Under the pieces are notes generated by a model. The model was not told the origin of the DNA. It did not search any database and was given only the letters and a program-made list of their open reading frames with translations. A stretch of 64,000 nucleotides of DNA from Octopus sinensis (Eukaryota): the NCBI RefSeq assembly GCF_006345805.1, contig NC_042998.1, positions 126,790,001 to 126,854,000 on the forward strand, written 5' to 3'. The stretch's first letter is position 1; every line of letters starts with the position of its first letter. Position numbers and translations under genes: made by a program. This document shows, one piece after another, positions 53,416 through 64,000 of the stretch.

Positions 53416-54795
53416 GCATACACGCACACATGTTCCAGGTGGTGACAAGTTCAAAAGAAGCTATGTCATGCCACTTAGAATGTAGAGCTCAACGATAATT
53501 CTGAGAGTTAATAATATAAAGTCAGCTAGAATCGGTTCCTCTTTCACGGGCCACAAAATTTGTCTTGATCATTCAACCCCGATAAAAGCCAGCTCTCGAG
53601 CGAATGAAATGAGAGCAATCATTCCGATAAGATTTTAGTGTACCATAACCATCGTTAATAGAAATATCAGGACCAGTAACCCTTTTGTAATGAGCCATGA
53701 ATCATAATGGTCATGAATTGTATTGATGGATACAATGTCACAGACCATATGCCCTTAATAACGATAATTTAAGTATTCAGAATTATAATATTCACCAATA
53801 TTTACGTATTCAATTATGATTTATGAATGCTATAAATCAATGAAAGGAAAAAAAAACTGAATTCTGTAATCGTCTAAAATAGAAAACAGAATATTTTATA
53901 TTCTCAAAAACCAACACGTGATTTTCGCTTTATCTTAATATGTTATTCCTGAAGAATTGTTGAAAAGTAGAATGAATATTTATGAAGGATTTTTTTTGAA
54001 AGTTAATTTACGTGTGTGCTAACGAAGAAATTTCATTGATTACATTTATTTCTGCAAGGACATACAAAGAGAAGATAAAATATTGAATGCTTCAGCTGAA
54101 GGTCATAAGTTCTTTTAGTATTTCTGTTACTTCAGTTTGTTATCAATAGAAACTATGTAATGGAAATTATTGCTATTGTTGTTGCAAGCCTCAAACCAGT
54201 TTTGGTAAAAGGAAATTTAGACGTTACTATTTTTTTTGTTCCGTTAGGTAAAGGGTAGGATGCCCAAAAGGTGGTCAACTCTGTTTGCATCTACAGGGGT
54301 ACGCAAAACAGTTTGCAATAGCACGATACATGTTACCGATCCTTACCCATTTGCGAGTGCCAATGGGCACTGTATGTCTGCGGGCGAGAGATAGACATTT
54401 TCATTGAAGAACAAGCTTGGCAAGGTCGAAACTTTGAATACATATAAAACACGTGTATAAAGAAATTATTTAAGATAATCCTGATATAACATAACCTCTT
54501 CAGTATATTTTGAAATGTTAGCAGAAGATATTTTATACAAGGGTTATCTTAAATGTATTAAATGCATTCAAAATATCAACCTTTGATTTTGTGTCTGTTC
54601 TGAAATTACACTTTTCCCCATAATGACCTAGACTGTCGTTGTTTGGATAATACGATTTAACACAAGTGTATAGGAGTGAGATATTTAACTGAACCCTGAT
54701 CCTGATAAAATAAATTCTGGTAAAGTACATCAAAGACGCTAACTCCTGCTGTTGCTGCTACTACTACTACTACATAGTTAAACATGTATGTATAT

Positions 54796-54959
54796 AGGCG
54801 TAGGAGTGGTTATGTGGTAAGTAACTTGCTTACGAATCATATGGTTCCGGGTCCAGTCTCACTGCGTGGCATCTTGGGCTAGTGACTTCTACTATAGCCT
54901 CGGGTCGACCAAAGCCTTGTGAGTGGATTTGGTGGACAGAAACTGAAAGAAGCCCGTCG

Positions 54960-55027
<68 letters not shown>

Positions 55028-55227
55028 GTGTATGTGTTTGTGTGTCTGTGTTTGTCCCCCAACATCGCTTGACAACCGATGCTGGTGTGTATACGTCTCC
55101 GGCAAAAGAACCGATAGAATAAGTACTAGCCTCACAAAGAATGAGTCCCGGGGTCGATTTGCTCGACTAAAGGCGGTGCTCAAGCGTGGTCACAGTCAAA
55201 AATGACTGAAACAAGTAAAGAGAGAGT
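54796..55227 (+). mobile_element. SINE family C, full length, with internal (TA)n
   Basis: Colinear with 47826-48260 over head, internal microsatellite and tail. Confidence 0.85.
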
Positions 55228-55280
55228 ATACAGATAATTATATAATATATATATATACATTATTTATATGATATATATAT

Positions 55281-55577
55281 CGTGAAGGTGCGTAACTTAG
55301 TGGTTAGGGTATTCGGTTCACGTGAGTTCGATTCCCACCGTCGCATTCTGTCCTTGAGCAAGACACTTTATTTCATGTTGCTCCAGTCCACTCAGCTGGC
55401 AAAAATGAGTAGTACCTGTATTTGTCACACTCTGTGTCACACTGAATCTCCCTGAGAACTAGTTAAGGGCACACGTGTCTGTGAAGTGCTCAGTCACATA
55501 CACATTAATTTCACGCGCAGGATGTTTCTTTGATCGGATCAACTGGAACCCTCATCGTCGTAACAAACGGAGTACCA
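55281..55577 (+). mobile_element. SINE family B copy
   Basis: A-box-like aacttagtgg, B-box gagttcgattcc, body tgtccttgagcaagacactt, and a 3' half matching 21774-21955 in reverse. Confidence 0.75.
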
Positions 55578-56395
55578 GATTTTTCATATATTGTACCCAT
55601 GTGTGTCCGTGTGAGTGTGTATGTATTTGCACAGACACCCAATGATTTTGGCGCAACAAACCCCACCTCCTATTATATGCATATATTAAAGAAAAAGACC
55701 TGCGCAATAGGACCCAATCCATGTTCACATTTTTACGAAGCGAACGTTTTAACCATGCAATCATACCATCTTTTAAAGAGACAAACTCTATTAACCCTGG
55801 GAATGATTTATACACAGCCAATTTCCAGAAGCAGTATGCAGTCTCGGAAAGGTTTTAATGTTTTAATTAATTCGTTCAGGGATTCATAAATTATTAACTA
55901 TATTTTATTGAAGTCAATAAACTGCATAGTCTATCAGAACAAAAGCTTGTGCCTTATCAATAGAAACCACTTATGAATAAAACATTTTCCCATACACTAA
56001 ATTTTAGTTCAACAAAACTTGTAGGACGAAATTTATTTAAAGATATACATAAGCATTTTATGATTATCTATACTTCATTCGCAAAAAGTATTAGCAACTA
56101 ATAATTACGTCACACATTTTAATCCAAATATATTTAGTATTAGGGTCAATGTAAAGAGAACATGCCAAACGATCATTTCATATATTTGCGATTTTAACAG
56201 TTACAGGACGGTTATATAGCTGAAATACTGTAAAGTCTATATTCGGGGTATAAGCAAAGAACATTCTAATGATGTCTGAAGCAAATTATGCAGTCGTATG
56301 ATAGAAACTGATTAAATTTGATACATTTCGATGTGTCTAATATCTTTACAAAACTACAATTTTTGAATAATATTTCAGGTTTAAGATGCAAGCCT

Positions 56396-58410
56396 ATGAA
56401 TATCGGATGTTAGAATTCAAGAACGTTATTAGACAATGATTGTCTGAAATTTTGTCAGGAGAGAAGATCTGCGCTTGTTGCAAAAGAGTTACAGCGATAT
56501 GATATGGATATTGTAGTGTTAGCCGAAACAAGAATTCATGGAAATGGGAATCATTTTCTTTTGGAGCGGTAGAGAGGAGACCTATAAGAGAGAATCAGGA
56601 GTGGGATTTGCTATCAAAATCACTTTGGCTTCAAACCTTGAGGGACTACTATGTGGCCATTTGGATCGCTTAATGTATTTAAGGCTGCCATTAAGAAAAG
56701 GTCGCTATGCAACACCAATAAGTGTATATGCTCCAACTATGAATTCATCAGAAGATGATAAACTTGCCTTCTGTCTATCGCTTACATAGATTATACACAG
56801 TATCCCCCATGATGACAAAGTTGTCATTTTGGGTGATTTTAATGCTCGCGTTGGTGCAGATTGGGAGACTTGGGGTGTCCTAGGAAAGCATGGGGTTGGG
56901 AGTTCCTGCAGTAATGGTTTGCTACTGTTACAAATGTGCGTAGAAATGGATTTGTGTGTCATGAATACAATGTTTCGATGAAAGAGTAAGTATAAAACGA
57001 TATGGATGCACTCTGGTTCAAAGAAATGGCATCTTATAGATTACATCCTCACCAGGAAACGAGATACTAGGGACTTTGCTATTGTTCGAATGATGCATGG
57101 TGCAGAGTGCTGGACTGATCATAGGCTTTTGCGTGCCAAAGTGAATTTTGTTGTCAAGCCTAAGGTTAGAGTAAGTAATGTCAAATTACCTAAACGGATT
57201 GATGTGAATAAACTGAAGATTCCGTCAGTACGCAGAGAGTTTGTGAGTGAGATAATTTGTCCTGTGATGGAAGCTGGAAGTCATTCAAAGAATGAGTGTA
57301 TGAGATTTGTAGTAACATCCTTGGCCTGTTGTAAAAAAATACCAAGATTGGTTTGACGATAATGATGAAGAAGTTAATATTATCTTAGAGGAGAAGCGAA
57401 AGGCATTTAACATGATGCAAAATGTTGACATCAACGAAGAGAACAGTGGCTACATATTTCAAGGCAGTAAAAGCAACAGTGCAGAGGAAGCTACAGATGA
57501 TGCAGGAAAACTGGTGGAGTGATAGAGGCGATGAAATCCAAGAAGATTCAAATGTTAACAATTTTATGGATCAGTTTCATCAAAGGTTGCGCCACTTCGG
57601 AGCAAGGATTTCACAGAATTATTAACGAATCCTACAGATATTGTTAGGAGATGGAAAGAACATTTTGATGATTTACTCAATAGACCCACTGAAGTTGATC
57701 TCTCTTTTCTTGATAATATACCCGAGAGACCAATAAAACATCTTATAGCAGTAGTTCCAAACCTGGCTGAAATAAAAGCAGCAATCAGGAAATTTAACAA
57801 TGGTAAGGCCTCTGGTATGGATGAACTAGGCGCAGAGATATATAAATATGGTGGTAATCATCTTTGTGCAATGCTGAGGGTTTAGCAAAGTGAAGAGGTT
57901 CCTCCGGCTTGGCGTGATGCGACTATGGAGATACTATATAAATCTAAAGGTGGAAAGGATATCTGTTATAATTATCGCAGCATATATCTGTTAGATGTTG
58001 CTGGAAAGGTCCTCTGTAGGGTCATGCGGGATAGATTGCTTTTGCACATTGCTAACGAGGTTCTACCAGAATCGTAATGTGGGTTTAGGGAGTACTATAG
58101 TAGGAGTACTATGGATATGATATTTTTGGCTAGACATTTGCAAGAGAGGTGCATCGAACAGGATATGGACTTATACCAGCTTTTGATTCTATCAATAGAA
58201 TTGCACTTTGGGAGATCCTAAAAAAGCTAGGATGCTCTGAAAAAATTGTGAGAATGCTTAGACAATTTCATGACAAGATGGCTGTGAAAGTTAATGTTGG
58301 AGGTACCTTATCAGATCCAATTTCTGTAGAAAATGGTGTAAAGCAAGGTGATATTCCTGCTCCTACGCTGTTTGCTATATATTTCGCAATAGTCTTTCAA
58401 ATAGCTTTTG
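56396..58410 (+). mobile_element. Decayed RTE-clade LINE (APE endonuclease plus N-terminal half of RT), 3'-deleted
   Basis: Motifs NIGC*NSRTLLD, VLAETR, ESGVGFAI, SVYAPT, ILGDFNARVG, HLIDYIL, WTDHRLL (APE), then NYRSISLLDVAGKVL and NGVKQGDIPAPTLF (RT). Many stops and frameshifts; ends before YADD. Confidence 0.9.
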
Positions 58411-59275
58411 TGAGTTTTCTTAGATATTCGGTCTTGATAGCCTTTCGTAACTTTCTCAGCAAGTTGGCATAGTACTCTCCATTGATAGTGTAGCCCTTTT
58501 GAGAATAGTTATTAAACACGATGCCTTTTGCATCACCCAAAGCTAAGGTCAATACCTTCTCTTCAGGTAAAACAACGTTGGCCTTCTTTGGTGCAGGTGA
58601 GGTGAGGTGTTTTCAATGCATTAACATATTTCCTTTGTTTCTGATTTAAAGTGATGAACCCAACTCTAATCCTGCGCTAGGAAATATTGATAGAAACCAG
58701 CGGAATCAATGGCAGATTAGCCTAGTGTGCTTTTGATCAGGTGTCAGATGACCTGGCGCACACATCGGCCATGCCGAGTTCATTGTACAGAATATTCTCA
58801 ACATGTTCACGGAATATACTGATAGCATTTGATTTACGGCCAATTGCATGTCAGCCATCTTCATATGATAAACATGATCAATGTTTTCCTTGGAGGGGGA
58901 AGTTACGAGATATCCAGACCTTGAGTCATGTTCAAAATACTCCATTACCTTCCTAAATTCAGCTGTCCCCTTTTGCACCGTTGTTAAAGCTGCGTCGTCA
59001 TACCCCAATATAGCAACCATGTCAGTATGAATGTCGTTGGGAGCTAAACCCTTTTCTGCAGGTACTTGATAACAGCATGTTGTCAGTTTTTTCTATTTCC
59101 ATGAGTAGTCGCTACTAGTTACGTTTGAAGTCTTCTTTGAACAGTAAGATGTCAGTTTACCAGGAAAGAAACAAGGCGGTTATTAATAAGGCGTCATGAA
59201 ATTAATGCACGTAAAAATTTGACAGCACTTGTATTACTCCTTCATAACCAGCCTATGAAGTTTTTGTCTGACCCT

Positions 59276-59278
<3 letters not shown>
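58411..59278 (-). mobile_element. Mariner transposon remnant (5' end, HTH and part of the catalytic domain)
   Basis: Minus frames MVAILGYDDAALTTVQK...DSRSG...ENIDHV, LTPDQKHTR, SPAPKKANVV, KGYTINGEYYANLLRKLRKAI. A TIR-like acaagggtcagacaaaaactt lies at 59278. Confidence 0.85.
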
Positions 59279-59515
<237 letters not shown>

Positions 59516-59885
59516 TTTATGGGGGAGTATAGATATGCACATATATATGCGCATAGAAATGAATATATAAATATGTACAAATATGCATGGATGCATAAGC
59601 ATATACCGTATATATAAGTGTGTGTGTATGCATGTAAGTATACCGTATATATATATATATATATATGGGTGTGGGTGTATGTTTGTGTATGCCAGTATGG
59701 AGATGATTATATTAATAATGTGAACCTATTTCTTCTATCTTATTGTCGTGCAGTAAAAAGAGGGGAACGCCGAGCCATTTCGGACTTTTTTGACCACTTC
59801 TCAGAGGTCAACAAAGTTTGACAACCACACACACATATATACACACTCACACACGCACACACACACACACATACACACACACACA

Positions 59886-59935
<50 letters not shown>

Positions 59936-61914
59936 ATATATATGCGTGTGTGTGTGTATTGTGTGTGTGTATGTGTATTGTGTGTGTGTGCGTGTGTGTC
60001 TGTGCATATGTAGTATATGTGATTCCTACTCCATGTTTTTACTCCTCATTCAGCGTTGCACCGTCTTTTTTTTTCTTATCTCAGATTATCCTACGCCTCG
60101 GTGTCCATATTTCAATGTACCTTATCATCACCTGTGCTTCGTTTGCTCCTTATATATGTTTTTAGCTATCTTAAATTGCTCTGTCATAAATTTTCTTCCT
60201 CTGTAGGTTTTATGTAAATCATCTCTCTACATTTAATCAATTTTTCACTCTTTCTCTCACACACATGAACTTCCCGTTTTATTTCACGCTCTTTCTCTTG
60301 CTCTCTATTTCACACAAACATATATACACGTATACATACACATATATACACATATACATATATACACGACATTTGTTTACACGATTACCGGAGTTGTTAT
60401 TGGGCCGTTTTTAACGATAAAGTTTTTACTAAACAAAATTTAGCAGAAATCTGTTAACATTTACTGGCTGAAAACAGAAAGAAAAAAATACTCAAAAAGA
60501 ACGACATCATGCGGCTTTTCTATATTTCCAAGACAGTAAAAAAAGGATGTCTTGAACATTGAGAGTAAATATTTTGAACTGATATTGTAATACTTGGTAA
60601 TTTTATTTTTATTATACAAAATACAACAATGAGAATAAATTAAAAAAAATAAAAGGATTCAACATTATGCAAAATACAAAATTATTCAATAAAATATATG
60701 TTTGTTATACAACTTAATGTGCTTGTGTGCATAGTGAGTTCAACGTTACCGATTGGTCAAATGACTGATGTAGGAAATGCGTGTGACAATATATAAACAC
60801 AAATACATTCTTAAAGACACGGAAATATGATTAGTGATTGAAATTTGGTTAGTTGTTATAAAAGTGCTAGAAGATGGCTATTTTTCATGCAGTTTTAATG
60901 CGGATGCATAATTAAGTGCGATGTACATTAGTATAGCGCCTTCATGTATGGGTCAGACCTACTGTCCCTACTCACATACGTACGAGCGAACATACACACA
61001 CACACACGCACGCATGCATGAACATATACACTTTCACAGAGGCGCGGACAAATGCATGCGCTGGACGTTTCTATTATAAAATATAAATTGCCTTGATGAT
61101 ATCAAAGACCAACTCACCCACACGCTATAATCACAAACTTACAGACACGATGTTTGTCATACATGTTCCTTCTATCAGTATTACACTGGATTGTGTTCCA
61201 CTTTGAAATATATCACCGTCAGTGTTTTCTGTACAAATCACCATACGTCCTCTTTTATTTAGCTTCAGATCAGCTGTAACCGAGGAGAGTGATAATAAAA
61301 AGCCATTCCATCCCTATCTAATACCTCTTTTCTATTTTTGTCAGACCGTGTATCTAAGATCCCGCATCAGAAGATACAGCCGGGTATCACTAAGGGGAGG
61401 TTTTTGGCATTAGTTGTAGTAGACCGAGTGCCCATATAGATCTAGTCCCGGTAGCTCACTAATATGGCCCACGTTTTGTTCTTTAACCGGCATAAAACCA
61501 CAAAGTTCAAATCCAATACTTATACTTCACCAGTTAACCCTACAGAGCTTCCCCCATATTATTATTTGCAAGAAAGAGACCCTGCTCAATAAACTAGTGT
61601 TTTTAAAAGGAACATTTGTTTTTGAAAAGATAGGTATTACGGTTGTTGCAATTGTATGGAAGGGAAGAGACTTGAGTGCCCGTTACGGAAAATTTGGGAG
61701 AGTATGCGTGGTCACAGTTGTCACAACTTCAACTATGCCCACGCCACTATTCGGTCGCTCTTAAACAGTATACTTATTGCCGTAGTAATACCAAGTTGAT
61801 TGTAATATTGTGCAGAAGTAAGCTATAAATACCGTTGTTAATGAATTTCTTAATTACCAGTTAAAATTAATATATCTAGAGAGGAATTATATACAACCAC
61901 TTTACAATTTTAAT

Positions 61915-62100
61915 CAGGTGAGCCGACCTGCTAAAAATAACAGCCATAAATCTTTCAAAGTCATCTTACTGTTTAAGAAAGGACACGACACTATCGTGAT
62001 GTGGTCTTAAATATATTGTGGTTGAAAAAAAAAGACGGGATGGCTATGGCTTCAATGACTTTGATCAAGGTCTCCTTGAACAATGCAAACCTAGAACGAA
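61915..62100 (+). mobile_element. Dispersed repeat family D copy
   Basis: cgacctgctaaaaataacagccataaatctttcaaagtcatc...aaaggacac...atgactttgatcaagg. Confidence 0.4.
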
Positions 62101-62625
62101 CAGCAGCAATAACAACAACAAAAGCAGCAACAGTAAAAACCAATACATTCACTTTCTAGCCATACATACACACGTGCACTGACATACGCTTAAGTGGATG
62201 TGCAGAAGATACATACGCAGTAACCTACATAACAGAATGGATGTCTGTCGAAATTACAAAATAGCAGCAATAAAATAGTAATCTTTCCATAGAATTCCAA
62301 CAAATCACTTTAACCATTTTAGAACCGTCTTATTTCCTTTAGAAAATGTCTTAAGAAATATAATAAAAGGAAGATAAATGATCAAAAGACTACAAGAAAA
62401 TAGATGTTCTTGAGCTCTGCTGGGCTATGATTGAATTTTAGCATCCACTTTTCTTTGTTTCTTCCACTGAACTTTTCTCAATTTTCTCATTTTCTTTCTT
62501 TTTTTTTCTTTCTTTCACTTATTCCCTCAATATTTTACTTTATTTTAGTTATACATTGTTTACTTTTTATTTCATTCCTTTCTTTCATTTCCTCCTTTCT
62601 GAACCCTCTCTATACCCCATCTTTC

Positions 62626-62684
<59 letters not shown>

Positions 62685-62869
62685 CTCTTTCTTTCTCTCT
62701 TTCGTTTCTTTCTTTCGTTTCTTTCTTCCATTTTTTCATGCTTTATACAACTTCAGTGCTATCCACTCTCTCACAGACAACCACAGCGATCCCTCCCTCT
62801 GTCTATCATCCCACTCTTTATTTTGTTGAAATCAAAGTCTTTAGTCTCTTGCTCTATGATTTATTGCAG

Positions 62870-63038
62870 AAAAGCACTGTGGAGAGCGCAATCAAGAGAT
62901 ACAACAACCCCAATATTCGTTGGTCAACTCAAGGAATGTTGCGTTTGAGTACTGAGGAAATGCAACGTTTGTTTAAACCGACACTAACACGAATTAGTGA
63001 GGCGATTGGAAATATTCTCAACCATCCTGATGCCCGAG
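62870..63038 (+). CDS. HSPA12A: HSPA12-like internal coding exon, phase 0-1, 169 nt
   Basis: Acceptor ttgcag ends at 62869; donor gtaggt at 63039. Translation KSTVESAIKRYNNPNIRWSTQGMLRLSTEEMQRLFKPTL... continues the previous exon without a gap relative to HSPA12 (YYKKFRGHSVEHALRKS...WSSQGMLRM). Confidence 0.9.
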
Positions 63039-63288
63039 GTAGGTTATACACTTCAATGTTGCAGTTTATGTTGTATTATTTTAAGATTTTCCTATTAGTC
63101 AAGGATGTCAGGCGTTGGAAATTTTTCAAGCATCCAAACCTGCGACCTACTTTTTCTGCTTTTCAGCTGGGGCATTTCTCTTAATTGAATATCGTTAATG
63201 CCCATGAGAAAAGACATAAACGTGCTGCTTATTCTTTTCTCCATTCTCTTAATAGAGAAACAGTAAGTAGTCTTTAAGACGCGTTCAG

Positions 63289-63290
<2 letters not shown>

Positions 63291-63378
<88 letters not shown>

Positions 63379-63394
63379 CGACGACGACGACGAC

Positions 63395-63436
<42 letters not shown>

Positions 63437-63453
63437 AACAACAATAATAATAA
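63291..63453. repeat. Layered (TAA)(TGA)(CGA)(TGA)(CAA)(TAA) microsatellite
   Basis: Direct reading. Confidence 0.95.
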
Positions 63454-64000
63454 GCTCAGGGTTAAAAGCGGAGAGTGAATGTTTCATAGTAGCTTCTCAA
63501 GACCAAAGATTATTAACCCAAAACTTCCAAACCAATGTGATAAAAAATGGAGCTGACCCAAAATGCCGATTCTGTAACGATGAGATTGAAACTATAGACC
63601 ACCTAATCTCAGGGTGTAGAGTCTTAGCACCTGCAGAATATAAAGCAAGACATGACAGAGTCGGCCAGTATTTACACAGGACAATATTTCGGCATTATAA
63701 AATCAAAACCGCTGACAAATGGTATAAACACCATCCTGAAGCTGTGACTGAGGAAGAAAATGTGTCGACTCTATGGGACTTCCCCGTACATACCGACAAA
63801 ACTATAAAAGCTAATAAACCGGATATTATTATAAAAGATCAGACAAAAAGGATGTGTTTATTAATTGACATGAGTATTCCTTGCGATCACAAAAAAGCGG
63901 CGTAAGAATTTGACAAGACCAGTAAATATAAAGACTTGCTAATAGAAATTGAAAAAAATGTGGCATCTCAAGGCGTCTACAATACCAGTAATTGTAGGAG
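63454..64000 (+). mobile_element. 5'-truncated R4/Dong-like element (CCHC knuckle plus REL), running off the window
   Basis: SGLKAESECFIVASQDQ...CRFCNDEIETIDHLISGC...WDFPVHTDKTIKANKPDIII...IDMSIP...*EFDKTSKYKDLLIEIEKMW. Its 5' junction abuts taataataa. Confidence 0.88.

Noticed and set aside
54290-54376. ta-cag...ctg-ta bounded segment with small internal hairpins
   Set aside because: The terminal match is only 3 bp, too short to call a MITE.
61690-61752. Possible DNA-transposon terminus (minus tagtggcgtgggc)
   Set aside because: No partner terminus or transposase frame was found in the window.

Overview
AT-rich eukaryotic genomic DNA saturated with microsatellites and transposon remnants. 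The repeat families look like those of an octopus genome (inference from recall, not a search). The only host gene is an HSPA12-like atypical HSP70 on the + strand. It has three internal coding exons (137-259, 34844-35046, 62870-63038) that splice in frame through canonical GT-AG junctions across introns of 34,584 and 27,823 bp. The introns contain several tRNA-derived SINE families, decayed LINEs (R4/Dong-like, CR1/L2-like, RTE-like, probable Tx1-like), a Penelope-like GIY-YIG fragment, a mariner remnant and MITE, and non-autonomous Helitrons. Almost all other ORFs in the track are microsatellite translations. The most unusual signals are: (1) a recurring set of degenerate hammerhead-ribozyme-like motifs, several tied to 220-440 bp foldback modules, with foldbacks on both sides of the middle exon; (2) two retrotransposon lineages sitting inside microsatellites, (TAA)n and (ATCT)n; (3) a locally templated insertion and a near-perfect 480 bp tandem duplication. 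No prokaryotic system, CRISPR array or true tRNA/rRNA gene is supported. Repeat boundaries were read by eye and are approximate unless a junction sequence is quoted.
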